This document shows, piece by piece, positions 19,653-29,177 of a DNA stretch of 64,000 bases. A program made the position numbers and the translations under genes. Source of the DNA: an uncultured Actinomycetota bacterium (GTDB lineage: Bacteria; Actinomycetota; Actinomycetes; S36-B12; GCA-2699445); the NCBI GenBank assembly GCA_963766005.1, contig CAVXYG010000012.1:337172-401171 (forward strand), read 5' to 3'. Each line of letters begins with the position of its first letter. Positions within the stretch are counted from its first letter, which is position 1. The notes under the pieces are model-generated. The model worked only from the letters and a program-made list of their open reading frames with translations, made no database searches and was not told the origin of the DNA.

Positions 19653-19687
19653 CGCACCTCCCGATGTGTACCTCCTAGGGTAGAGGG

Positions 19688-20491
19688 ATGACCCTCGAGC
19701 ATCTCCGTCCCACCCTGTCCGCGAACGGGCTGGCCCGTGCTGCTGCCGATCTGCCGTGGCCGGCGCCCCTCGTCGCCGCGTCGACCGGATCGACGAACGC
19801 CGATCTCGTGGCCCGGGCGGAGGAGGGAGCCGCCGAGGGACTCGTGATCGCGGCCGATGAGCAGACTGCCGGTCGCGGTCGGCTGGGCCGCTCCTGGGCG
19901 TCGCCGCCCGGCGCCTCGGTGTCGGTGTCCGTGCTGCTGCGGCCCCGGCTCGCGCCCGATCAGCTCGGCTGGCTGCCGCTGCTCACCGGACTGGCCGTCG
20001 CTGCGGCCATTGTCGAGGAGTACGGCATCGAGGCCGAACTGAAGTGGCCCAACGACGTGCTCGTCACCGACGGCCGGCCCGGCAAGGTCGCCGGGATCCT
20101 CGTGGAGCGGACCGGCACGGCTGCCTGCGTCGGTTTCGGGATCAACACCGCCATGACCGCCGAGGAGCTGCCGGTGCCGGAGGCATCATCGCTGGTGCTG
20201 GCAGGCGCAGCCGAGCCTGATCCCGATGTGCTGGTGGCCGCGTGCCTGCGGCACCTGCACCGGCGCTACGCCCGGCTCCTGGCCAGCGGCGGCGATGCGG
20301 AGCGCAGCGGGCTGGTCGATGAGTACACGGCGCGCTGCTGCACGCTGGGCCGCGACGTCGTCGTGCTCCTGCCGTCGGGGGAGGAGGTGCGCGGTGCTGC
20401 CAGCGGTGTCGATGCGCTGGGCCGGCTCGCCGTCGAGGGGGTCGCTGGGACCCTGACCGTGGCCGCCGGCGACGTCAGGCACGTGCGGTAG
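19688..20491 (+). CDS. birA: Biotin--[acetyl-CoA-carboxylase] ligase
   Basis: GRGRLGRSW motif, KWPNDVL motif. No N-terminal HTH domain (267 aa). Confidence 0.88.
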   Translation: MTLEHLRPTLSANGLARAAADLPWPAPLVAASTGSTNADLVARAEEGAAEGLVIAADEQTAGRGRLGRSWASPPGASVSVSVLLRPRLAPDQLGWLPLLTGLAVAAAIVEEYGIEAELKWPNDVLVTDGRPGKVAGILVERTGTAACVGFGINTAMTAEELPVPEASSLVLAGAAEPDPDVLVAACLRHLHRRYARLLASGGDAERSGLVDEYTARCCTLGRDVVVLLPSGEEVRGAASGVDALGRLAVEGVAGTLTVAAGDVRHVR

Positions 20492-20585
20492 CGCACAGCC
20501 GAGGGCGGGACCCGGCAGAGGGGCCGCCGACATCCGCAGCGGCAGGGGCGGGCGTGGGGCGTGACGGCCCGGCGCGTGCCACCAT

Positions 20586-21122
20586 ATGCCCATGGGCTAC
20601 CCGAAGGAACTCCTCTCCCAAGGTGAGACGGTCGAGTTCGAGCTGCGACCCCACTGGCGGGCGATGGTCGTGCCGATCACCGTGACCATCGCCGTGCTGG
20701 TCGGGCTGATCTTCATCACCAGCCGCTGGAACTCCTGGTTCGACGACTCCGGAGCGGTCAACAGCATCGGTCGGTGGATCTTCCTCGGCGGCGGGCTGCT
20801 GCTTGTCGGGCTCTTCGCCGTGCGCCCGTTCCTGTACTGGCTGACGACGCAGTACGTGTTCACCGACAGGCGGATCATCATCCGCCGCGGCCTCATCGCC
20901 CGAGAGGGGCGCGATATGCCGTTGTCGAAGGTGAACAACGTCTCCTTCAGCGTCTCGTTGCTCGGCCGGCTGCTGAACTACGGCCAGCTGACGGTCGACT
21001 CGGCCAGCGACGAGGAACTGGTGATCAACGACGTGCCGCACGTCGAGCGGATGCAGCGCGAGGTGAACCGCCTGCATGAGGAGGACGACGCTCGCCGGCG
21101 CGGGGATGAGCTACGCGGGTGA
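20586..21122 (+). CDS. Membrane PH-domain (bPH_2/YdbS-like) protein
   Basis: Two TM helices followed by YVFTDRRIIIRRGLIAREGRDMPLSKVNNV, typical of the bacterial PH domain. Confidence 0.75.
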   Translation: MPMGYPKELLSQGETVEFELRPHWRAMVVPITVTIAVLVGLIFITSRWNSWFDDSGAVNSIGRWIFLGGGLLLVGLFAVRPFLYWLTTQYVFTDRRIIIRRGLIAREGRDMPLSKVNNVSFSVSLLGRLLNYGQLTVDSASDEELVINDVPHVERMQREVNRLHEEDDARRRGDELRG

Positions 21123-22351
21123 GCGGATCCTCCGAGGGCTCCTCCGGGGAGATGCCCGGTGGACCGGCCGAGGAGTCCGTGGCCGACGGCGAGCAGGAGC
21201 TGAGGCCGGCCCCGGCCTCGAGGGCGCCGGACCGTACCCGAGAACTCGGTGATGTGCTCGAACTCACTCTCGGCGCCCCGGTCCGGTACTCCCGCGGCGA
21301 GGTGGCTGCCGCGGCCCGCATGACGGTCGACGAAGTCGGTCGGCTGTGGCGGGCGATGGGGTTCCCGGACGTCGGCAGCGCGCAAGCCCTCACCGACGCC
21401 GATCTCGCCGCTCTGCTTCGCATGAGCGGACTGCTGGAGCGGGGGCTGCTCGACATCGACTCGCTGATCGACATCGTTCGATCCCTGGGGCAGACGACCT
21501 CGAGGCTGGCCGAATGGCAGATCGAGACGGTGGGCCGGCAGCGGCTGCGGCAGTTGGAGGAGCGCGCCGAGGATGACCAGCCGGCATGGTCCGGACTTGA
21601 TCGTGCCGCGCTCGTGGAGTTGCTGCCCGAGCTCGACGAGCTGCTCATCTATGTGTGGCGACGCCAGCTGACGGCCTCGATCGGTCGGGTGCTCGACGAC
21701 ATCGACGAAGCCGAAATCGTCCCGGACACTGCGACGGTCGGTTTCGCCGACCTCGTGAGCTTCACGCGGCTGAGCCGGCAGCTGGACCAGGAGTCGCTGT
21801 CGATGCTGGTGCACACCTTCGAGACCGCTGCGGCCGATGTCGTCTACGCCGTTGGCGGGCGGCTGGTCAAGACGTTGGGCGATGAGGTCATGTTCAGCGC
21901 CGATTCCGCCAGCATCGCGGCGGAGATCGGCCTGCGGCTGCACGAGCTGTCGCGCGGCGACCCGGATCTGCCGCAGATGCGGGTCGGACTCGCCACCGGC
22001 GGCGTCCTGATGCGCATGGGTGATGTGTTCGGCACGACGGTGAACCGGGCCAGCAGGCTGACGGCGGTGGCCAAGCCAGGCACCACGCTGCTCGACAGCG
22101 CGACGGCGGATGCCTTGGCCGCCGGCCAGGACGGCCGTTTCGGGGTACGGGCCCAGACTCCGCGGCCGATCCGCGGGTTGGGCATCGTGCGCCCCTACGC
22201 GCTGACCAGGGGATCGCGGCGGTTGGACGAGGTGGAGCACGCCGTCGACACGGGGAGCGCCGTTCCGGCAGCGGCCAGTCAGGCTGAGGAGCCTGCCGGC
22301 GCGACGGCGGTGTCCTCGGAGCCGACCTCGGGCGACTCGGGGAAGACGTAG
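21119..22351 (+). CDS. Class III adenylate/guanylate cyclase domain protein
   Basis: GTG 21119 overlaps the PH-gene stop (GTGA). Catalytic domain VGFADLVSFTRL...VKTLGDEVMF...GDVFGTTVNRASRL. Confidence 0.8.
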   Translation: MSGSSEGSSGEMPGGPAEESVADGEQELRPAPASRAPDRTRELGDVLELTLGAPVRYSRGEVAAAARMTVDEVGRLWRAMGFPDVGSAQALTDADLAALLRMSGLLERGLLDIDSLIDIVRSLGQTTSRLAEWQIETVGRQRLRQLEERAEDDQPAWSGLDRAALVELLPELDELLIYVWRRQLTASIGRVLDDIDEAEIVPDTATVGFADLVSFTRLSRQLDQESLSMLVHTFETAAADVVYAVGGRLVKTLGDEVMFSADSASIAAEIGLRLHELSRGDPDLPQMRVGLATGGVLMRMGDVFGTTVNRASRLTAVAKPGTTLLDSATADALAAGQDGRFGVRAQTPRPIRGLGIVRPYALTRGSRRLDEVEHAVDTGSAVPAAASQAEEPAGATAVSSEPTSGDSGKT

Positions 22352-22818
22352 GTTCGGTAGGCCCAGAACCGGAACAGCGTGCCCAGGCCGAGCCCCACGA
22401 AGTTCGCGCTGATGTTGTCCGCCAGCGGACTCGTCAGGCCCAGGGCGTAATGGCTGGTCCACAGGGTGCCGAGCGCGATGAACGTCGCGATACCGCTGAT
22501 CGTGGCGAACAGGACGAACTCGCGGCGGGCATCCCCGTGGGCTCGGTCGGCATAGGTCCAGTGCCGGTTGAGGAAGTAGGAGGCCGTGATCGCGACGATC
22601 ACCGAGAGCAACTTCGCGGACAGGGGCTTGTCGAACAGCACCCCTTCACCGGCTGGGCCTCCGTAGCGCAGCACGTTGAACAGTCCGACATCGATGACGA
22701 GGGTCATCAGCCCGACGGTGCCGAATTTGGCGACCTCGGCGATGAGATCTCCTAGCCGCAGGCGCAGTTCGTCCACCAGACGCGCGACCGATGCGCCGTG
22801 GTGTCCGCTCTGCTTCAT
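22279..22818 (-). CDS. GtrA-family membrane protein
   Basis: AKFGTVGLMTLVIDVGLFNVL...SYFLNRHWTY...FWAYRTYVF motifs. The 3' end overlaps the cyclase 3' end by 73 nt. Confidence 0.8.
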   Translation of the reverse strand: MKQSGHHGASVARLVDELRLRLGDLIAEVAKFGTVGLMTLVIDVGLFNVLRYGGPAGEGVLFDKPLSAKLLSVIVAITASYFLNRHWTYADRAHGDARREFVLFATISGIATFIALGTLWTSHYALGLTSPLADNISANFVGLGLGTLFRFWAYRTYVFPESPEVGSEDTAVAPAGSSA

Positions 22819-23047
22819 GACTTGAGGCTACCCACTTTCCGGCCGATTCACCCCTCCCCGACTGTTGCGTGCCCCACTGGCGTCGCGGGCCCGTCGGGGT
22901 TGCAGGGACGTGCGGCCAGCCCGGACTCGCGCCCTGCCGGCGCGGTCCGGTCCGCGCTTGCCGGCCGCGCTGCCCGGACGGCGCAGGCCCTGCCACGTTG
23001 CCGGGCCTCGCCCGCGGTCGGCCCTCTCGCCCTACTACGCTGGCAGC

Positions 23048-24244
23048 GTGAGCAGTGACAGCCCAGCGGACGGCGGCGCCCGGCGGCCGACAGCACCTCC
23101 GGGGTACCCGGTGGTGGGCATGATCGGTGGCGGGCAGTTGGCGCGGATGACCCATCAGGCGGCCATCGCCCTGGGCATCGGGTTCCGCGTGCTGGCGGCG
23201 CGCCCCGACGACAGCGCCGCCCGGGTCGTGGCCGACACCGTGCTCGGGGAGCACGACGACCGCGCTGCGGTGCTGCGGTTCGCCGAGGGCTGCGATGTGG
23301 TGACCTTCGACCACGAGCACGTCCCGACGGCGATCCTGACCGAGCTCGAGGCCCGGGGCGTAGCGGTCCGGCCATCCCCGCGAGCGCTGCGATTCGCCCA
23401 GGACAAGGCCGCGATGCGCGAGGCGCTCAGTGCGATGGGTGCCCCGGTGCCCGCGTGGGCCGTCGTCGACTCCGCGCGGGAGGCCGCGGCGTTCGGCGAC
23501 CGAGCGGGGTGGCCCTTCGTCTTGAAGACGTCGCGCGGCGGCTACGACGGCAAGGGCGTCTGGGTGGTGCACGACCGGGTCGAAGCGCTCGACGTGATGA
23601 CCCGCGAACTTCCACCGGGTGCGGTGTGGCTGGCGGAGGCCTTCGTGCCGTTCGACCAGGAGCTCGCGGCGCAGGTGGCCCGCTCCCCGCACGGCCAGGC
23701 CGTCTCCTACCCCGTGGTGCGCACCGTCCAGACCAACGGGATCTGCACGGAGGTGATCGCCCCGGCGCCGGACCTGAGCGCCGAGGAGTCCGGCGCTGCG
23801 CAGGAGCTGGCGCTGCGGATCGCTGCCGAGCTCGATGTCGTCGGGATGCTGGCCGTGGAGCTGTTTCACAGTGAAGGCCGGGTCCTCGTCAACGAGTTGG
23901 CGATGCGGCCGCACAACTCCGGGCACTGGAGTATCGACGGGGCCGCCACGAGCCAGTTCGAGAACCACCTGCGCGCGGTCCTGGATCTGCCGCTCGGGGC
24001 CCCGGACCCGCGGTCTCATCACACGGTGATGGTGAACGTCCTCGGCGGGGACGCTCCGGACCTCTACTCGGCCTATCGCCATGTCATGGCGCGGCAGCCC
24101 CGGTTGCACGTGCACATGTACGGCAAACAGGTGCGGCGAGGCCGCAAGCAGGGCCATGTCACGATCGCGGGGCCCGACCTGGAGGAGTTGCTCACCGAGG
24201 CCCACCACGCGGCCGACTACATCACCGGAGTCATCGATGAGTGA
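23048..24244 (+). CDS. purK: N5-carboxyaminoimidazole ribonucleotide synthase
   Basis: [13 protein letters not shown]..., ATP-grasp fold ([18 protein letters not shown]). GTG 23048 chosen and the start is uncertain. Overlaps purE by 8 nt. Confidence 0.88.
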   Translation: MSSDSPADGGARRPTAPPGYPVVGMIGGGQLARMTHQAAIALGIGFRVLAARPDDSAARVVADTVLGEHDDRAAVLRFAEGCDVVTFDHEHVPTAILTELEARGVAVRPSPRALRFAQDKAAMREALSAMGAPVPAWAVVDSAREAAAFGDRAGWPFVLKTSRGGYDGKGVWVVHDRVEALDVMTRELPPGAVWLAEAFVPFDQELAAQVARSPHGQAVSYPVVRTVQTNGICTEVIAPAPDLSAEESGAAQELALRIAAELDVVGMLAVELFHSEGRVLVNELAMRPHNSGHWSIDGAATSQFENHLRAVLDLPLGAPDPRSHHTVMVNVLGGDAPDLYSAYRHVMARQPRLHVHMYGKQVRRGRKQGHVTIAGPDLEELLTEAHHAADYITGVIDE

Positions 24245-24809
24245 GCGCACCGCGCCTCATGCCGGCGCAGCACGGGTGTCCATCGTCATGGGGTCGGACT
24301 CCGACTGGGGTGTCATGCAGCAGGCCGCCGATGCCTTGGCGGAGTTCGAAATCCCCTTCGAGGCCGGTGTCGTGTCCGCCCACCGGATGCCGCTGGCCAT
24401 GACCCGGTACGCCGCCGACGCCGCCGACCGGGGGATTCAGGTCATCATCGCCGGTGCCGGGGGAGCGGCCCACCTCCCAGGCATGGTCGCCTCGCTGACG
24501 CCGCTGCCGGTGATCGGGGTCCCGGTCCCGCTGCGGCAGCTCGACGGCATGGATTCGCTGCTGTCCATCGTGCAGATGCCGGCCGGTATCCCGGTCGCCA
24601 CGGTGGCCATCGGCAACGCGCGCAACGCGGGACTGCTCGCCGTGCGCATCCTGGCGGCATCCGAGCCCGAATTGCGGATGCGTCTGGTGGCCTTCGCCGC
24701 GTCGCTGGAGGGGCAGGTCCGCGCGAAGGGGGAGCGGCTGGCTTCCCAGCACACCGGCGCTGCCGTGCCGGTGCCCGCTCCCGCGCAGCCCCGGGCGGAC
24801 CAGCCCTGA
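24237..24809 (+). CDS. purE: N5-CAIR mutase
   Basis: [11 protein letters not shown]...[13 protein letters not shown]...PVIGVPV motifs. Confidence 0.92.
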   Translation: MSERTAPHAGAARVSIVMGSDSDWGVMQQAADALAEFEIPFEAGVVSAHRMPLAMTRYAADAADRGIQVIIAGAGGAAHLPGMVASLTPLPVIGVPVPLRQLDGMDSLLSIVQMPAGIPVATVAIGNARNAGLLAVRILAASEPELRMRLVAFAASLEGQVRAKGERLASQHTGAAVPVPAPAQPRADQP

Positions 24810-24962
24810 CCTCGGCTGGGCCCGGACTGGCGGCTGCGGAAGGTCTCCGCGCCGCCACCCCGGCATCGTCGACCCACCCACCAGTCGACGGTCGGGAACG
24901 CGACGGCCGAGCACCGTGAGCGCCCGCGGAGCTCGACCGACCCGCTGGGATTGTCGCGCCGG

Positions 24963-25538
24963 TCAGCGGTCCGACTGCTCCCAGCGTTCGAACGCCACCA
25001 CGATGCCGTCGACCATTCGGGCGTAGCTCACGTCGAGGTCCTCGGGCAGGCCGAAGCCGTCCGCGGCCTCCAGCGAGACGAACCCGTGCAGGGCCGACCG
25101 CAGAGCTCGGGTCGCATGGATGGCCTCGGTGCCCTCGATGGCGTACCCGGCCAGCACGTCGAGGGCAACCTGGACGGTCGCCGTGCTGGCTGCCGCATCG
25201 TCGGGGTCGGTGGGGTCCGGGGCATGGAGCGTGGCGGCATAGCGACCGGGGTGCTGGTGCGCCCAGTCCCGGAACGCCCAAGCCAGCGCCCGGAGGGCGT
25301 CGCTGCGGGACTTGCCGACCGCGGCCCGCGACAACACCTCGGCGAACTCGGCCTTGGCGCGCACCGCGACCGTGCGCTGCAGCGCGGGCAGGCCGTCGAT
25401 GTGCTTGTACAGGGAGGGCTGCCGAACGCCGAGGATCTCGGCCAATGCTGCCAGTGTGAACAGCTGGGGACCGACCTCGTCGGTCAGTCGTTCCGCGGCC
25501 TCGACGACCCGCTGCGGGGTGAGGCCGACCCTAGGCAC
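24963..25538 (-). CDS. TetR/AcrR-family transcriptional regulator
   Basis: N-terminal [27 protein letters not shown] start overlaps the upstream hydrolase stop by 8 nt. Confidence 0.85.
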   Translation of the reverse strand: MPRVGLTPQRVVEAAERLTDEVGPQLFTLAALAEILGVRQPSLYKHIDGLPALQRTVAVRAKAEFAEVLSRAAVGKSRSDALRALAWAFRDWAHQHPGRYAATLHAPDPTDPDDAAASTATVQVALDVLAGYAIEGTEAIHATRALRSALHGFVSLEAADGFGLPEDLDVSYARMVDGIVVAFERWEQSDR

Positions 25539-26367
25539 GCTCGGCCACCTCGATCAGGAACTGCCGGATGATCGCAGCCACATCGTCGGGCTGCTGGGAA
25601 TGCGGGTAGTGGCCAGCATCCGGGACCATCACGGCACGGCCGCCGAGCGAGCTGGCCACCCACTCGGCCTCCGCCTGGGGATCGGGGAAGTCAGGATCGA
25701 GCGTCCCCATGACCACCAGGCTGGGTGCCCGGACCTGCTCGAGGCGGGCTTCGGCAGGGGCATGGGAGACACGGGCGGTCTGAGAGAAGGCGCGCGCGTA
25801 GCCCGGGCGGCGCAGGCTCGCCACGACGCGACGCAGGTACTGCTCGTGGTCCTCCGGCGTGCGTCCGGCGTACAGCCGGGGCAGGTAGGCCTTCCAGGCT
25901 GTCGCCGCCCAGGGAGCAGCCACGGCGACCCGCATCAGCAGTCTGGTGGCGGCGCCGACGTCCCCGTCGCGGACGAAGGGGCCCAGCAGCACGAGCCCGT
26001 CGATGAGGTCGGGGCGCTCGGCAGCTGCGCAGACGGCGGCGCCGGCGCCCAGCGAGTTGCCGATGACGACCGCGGGACCGCCGAGCTCTTCGATCAGGGC
26101 GATGATGTCGGCTGCCGTCTCGAGGTCGCCGTAGGTGCCGAAGCTCGTATCGCTGCCTCCGTGTCCACGGAGGTCTGTGGCGGCGACTCGGAAGCCGGCC
26201 GCCAGGAGGCGCGGGGTCAGGAAGCGGTAGGTCGCTCGCAGGTCGCCCATGCCCGGCACCAGCACCGCAAGGGGGCCGTGCCCGGTGACCTCGTAGGCGA
26301 CGCGGCCCTCGGGCCGGTCGAGATGGCGCTCAGTCGTCGCAGCCGGTGGCGGGGGTGTCGTCGTCAT
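25531..26367 (-). CDS. Alpha/beta hydrolase
   Basis: MTTTPPPP... HG..LVPGMGD, nucleophile elbow GNSLG, C-terminal GHYPH. ATG at 26367. Confidence 0.8.
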   Translation of the reverse strand: MTTTPPPPAATTERHLDRPEGRVAYEVTGHGPLAVLVPGMGDLRATYRFLTPRLLAAGFRVAATDLRGHGGSDTSFGTYGDLETAADIIALIEELGGPAVVIGNSLGAGAAVCAAAERPDLIDGLVLLGPFVRDGDVGAATRLLMRVAVAAPWAATAWKAYLPRLYAGRTPEDHEQYLRRVVASLRRPGYARAFSQTARVSHAPAEARLEQVRAPSLVVMGTLDPDFPDPQAEAEWVASSLGGRAVMVPDAGHYPHSQQPDDVAAIIRQFLIEVAERA

Positions 26368-26370
26368 GGT

Positions 26371-26410
26371 GGCTAGTCTGCCTAGCCGATTGGCTAGTGT
26401 CAATAGCCAA
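26371..26410. promoter_or_regulatory. Two adjacent perfect palindromes, candidate TetR operator(s) of the hydrolase-TetR operon
   Basis: GGCTAG-tctgc-CTAGCC (26371-26387) and TTGGCTA-gtgtcaa-TAGCCAA (26390-26410), starting 4 nt upstream of the hydrolase ATG (26367). Both share the GGCTA/TAGCC core. Confidence 0.5.
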
Positions 26411-26532
26411 CGGCAAGGAACCCGCTGCACCAAGCGCTGCGCCGGTGGCGGCGCGTCCCGCCATCTCCGGTGCGTCTCGCGCCACGCCGTGGGTTGGCCG
26501 CGAGATCCGACGACAGGCCGCCATCGGTTGCC

Positions 26533-27864
26533 TCAGGGCCGCCCGATGCCGCGGTACTCCCAACCGGCCGCCCGCCAGGCGATGGGGTCGAGCACGTTGC
26601 GGCCGTCCACGATCTTGCGTTGCGCCACTTGTTCACCGACCGTGCCGGGATCGAGGTCGACGAATTCCTTCCATTCGGTGAGCAGCAGCACCAGGTCGGC
26701 GTCCGCCAGCGCGGAGGCGGAGTCGGCGACGTAGCCCAGTGTGGGGAAGGCCCGGGCGGCGTTGCCCATCGCCTTGGGGTCGTACACCCGCACCTGTGCG
26801 CCCTGCAGATGCAGGGTTGCGGCGATGTTGAGGGCGGGGGAGTCGCGGATGTCGTCGCTATCCGGCTTGAAGGCGACGCCCAGCACCGCCACGCGCGCGC
26901 CGAGCGGCGAACCGTGCAGCAGATCCCGGGCGATGTCGGAGACGTGGCCGCGTCGGCGCATGTTGATCTCGTCCACCTCGCGCAGGAACGCCAGCGAAGG
27001 GCCCAGGCCCAGCTCGCCCGCGCGCGCCATGAACGCGCGGATGTCCTTGGGCAGGCAGCCGCCCCCGAATCCGATCCCGGCGCCCAGGAACTTGCGCCCG
27101 ATGCGGTCGTCGTGGCCGATCGCATCGGCAAGCATCGTGACGTCGGCCCCGGTCGCCTCGCAAACCTCGGCCATGGCGTTGATGAAGGAGATCTTGGTCG
27201 CCAGGAAGGAGTTCGCCGCCACCTTCACCAGCTCGGCGGTGGCGAAGTCGGTGACGAGGAACGGGGTGTTGTTCGCCAACTGGGGGGCGTAGACGCGGCG
27301 CAGCACCGCTTCGTCGGCCGGATTGCTCAGTCCCACCACGATGCGGTCGGGCCGCAGGGTGTCCTCGACCGCGTAGCCCTCGCGGAGGAATTCCGGATTC
27401 CATGCCAGGTGCGCAGCCGAGCCCGAGGGGGCGGCGTCGGCCAGCCGCTGCTGCAGCCGCGCTGCGGTGCCGACCGGGACGGTGCTCTTGCCCACCACGA
27501 GCGTCGGTCGCGTGAGGTAGGGGGCCAGCGAGTCGACGGCGCTATGGACGTAGGCCAGGTCGGCGGCGTTGGAGCCGCTCACCTGTGGCGTGCCGACGCA
27601 GACGAAGTGGACGTCGCAGTCGGCTGCCTCGGCGAAATCGGTGGTGAAGCGCAGGTTCCCGGCGCGCACGTGGGTGGCCAGCAGGTCGTCCAGGCCGGGT
27701 TCGTAGAACGGGGCGGCGCCGTTGGCGAGCGACTCGACCTTCCCGGCGTCCACGTCGATGCCGACGACCGAGTAGCCCATCTCTGCCATCGCTGCGGCGT
27801 GCGTGGCGCCGAGGTACCCGGTCCCGATGACGCTGATCCGCAAGGGTTCTGTCATGGTCGCCAT
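26533..27864 (-). CDS. ugd: UDP-glucose 6-dehydrogenase
   Basis: ISVIGTGYLGATHAA (NAD site), catalytic GFGGGCLPKD. Start at 27864 (MATMTEPL) or 27855. Confidence 0.9.
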   Translation of the reverse strand: MATMTEPLRISVIGTGYLGATHAAAMAEMGYSVVGIDVDAGKVESLANGAAPFYEPGLDDLLATHVRAGNLRFTTDFAEAADCDVHFVCVGTPQVSGSNAADLAYVHSAVDSLAPYLTRPTLVVGKSTVPVGTAARLQQRLADAAPSGSAAHLAWNPEFLREGYAVEDTLRPDRIVVGLSNPADEAVLRRVYAPQLANNTPFLVTDFATAELVKVAANSFLATKISFINAMAEVCEATGADVTMLADAIGHDDRIGRKFLGAGIGFGGGCLPKDIRAFMARAGELGLGPSLAFLREVDEINMRRRGHVSDIARDLLHGSPLGARVAVLGVAFKPDSDDIRDSPALNIAATLHLQGAQVRVYDPKAMGNAARAFPTLGYVADSASALADADLVLLLTEWKEFVDLDPGTVGEQVAQRKIVDGRNVLDPIAWRAAGWEYRGIGRP

Positions 27865-27988
27865 CGTACGGATGCCCCGGCGCCGATTCGGCATCCGGCC
27901 GCCGGGGCATGTCGCGGATGCACGTACCCTGGCAGTACCGGCGCACCGCGTCCGATGCATCCTTGCCGTCACCTGCCGGAGGACTGAC

Positions 27989-29158
27989 ATGCCGATCGCC
28001 CCGAATCCCGACTACGACCTCTACCAGTTGCCGCAGGAGCATCGAGCCCTCCGCGAGGCGGTCCGTGATCTGGCCGAGAACAAGATCGCTCCGCGGGCCG
28101 CGGAGATCGACGCGACCGGGGAGTTCCCGCAGGACGTCTACCAGACGCTGGTCTCCGCCGGATTCCACGCGCTCCATCTCCCGGAATCCTTCGGCGGGGA
28201 GGGCGGCGACGCGATCGCCTCGGCCATCGTCATCGAGGAGATCGCGCGGGTCTGCGCCTCGTCCTCGCTCATCCCGGCGGTGAACAAGCTGGGCACCACG
28301 CCGCTGCTCGTGGGTGGATCCGAGGAGCTGTGCCAGCGCTACCTGCCCCAGGTCGCCTCGGGCGAGGCGATGTTCTCCTACGCCCTGAGCGAGCGGGAGG
28401 CCGGCAGCGACGCCGCGGGGATGAAGACCCGTGCGGTGCGCGACGGCGACAGCTGGATACTCAACGGACAGAAGTCCTGGATCACCAACGCCGGCATCTC
28501 GAAGTACTACACGGTCATGGCCAAGACCGATCCGGAGGCCGGGGCCCGGGGGATCTCGGCGTTCGTCGTGCATGCCGACGACGAGGGCTTCTCCTACGGC
28601 GCCAAGGAGCGGAAGATGGGCATCCACGGATCGCCCACCCGTGAGGTCTACTTCGAGAACTGCCGCATTCCCTCCGACCGGATCATCGGCGAGCCCGGCA
28701 CCGGCTTCACCACGGCGATGAAGACGCTGGACATCACCCGCATCGCGATCGGCGCCCAGGCCCTCGGAATGGGGCAGGGCGCGCTGGACTACGCGCTGGG
28801 CTATGCGCGCGAGCGCCAGCAGTTCGGCAAGGCCATCGCCGAATTCCAGGGCGTGCAGTTCATGCTCGCCGACATGGCCATGAAGCTGGCCGCGGCCCGA
28901 TCGCTGGTCTACGAGGCCGCGTCGAAGAGCGAGCGGATGGACGCCGACATCGCCTTCGCCGGCGCAGCGGCCAAGTGCTTCGCCTCCGACACCGCCATGC
29001 AGGTCGCCACCGATGCGGTGCAGATTCTTGGCGGCGCGGGGTACGTCATGGATCACCCGGTCGAGCGGATCATGCGCGACGTCAAGATCACGCAGATCTA
29101 TGAGGGCACCAACCAGATTCAGCGCCTGGTCATGGCGCGGCACCTGATCCGTTCCTAA
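27989..29158 (+). CDS. Acyl-CoA dehydrogenase (FadE25-like)
   Basis: ATG 27989 after GGAGGA. SWITNAG, RIAIGAQALG, YEGTNQIQRLV motifs. Confidence 0.92.
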   Translation: MPIAPNPDYDLYQLPQEHRALREAVRDLAENKIAPRAAEIDATGEFPQDVYQTLVSAGFHALHLPESFGGEGGDAIASAIVIEEIARVCASSSLIPAVNKLGTTPLLVGGSEELCQRYLPQVASGEAMFSYALSEREAGSDAAGMKTRAVRDGDSWILNGQKSWITNAGISKYYTVMAKTDPEAGARGISAFVVHADDEGFSYGAKERKMGIHGSPTREVYFENCRIPSDRIIGEPGTGFTTAMKTLDITRIAIGAQALGMGQGALDYALGYARERQQFGKAIAEFQGVQFMLADMAMKLAAARSLVYEAASKSERMDADIAFAGAAAKCFASDTAMQVATDAVQILGGAGYVMDHPVERIMRDVKITQIYEGTNQIQRLVMARHLIRS

Positions 29159-29177
29159 GGGGCGCAGGCGCCCTGCG

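Noticed and set aside
22876-23047. Possible ZTP (pfl) riboswitch upstream of purK, suggested by ACTGGCG
   Set aside because: I found no downstream CGCCTGGGC-type pseudoknot element and no matching P1/P2 helices. The match is a single short string.
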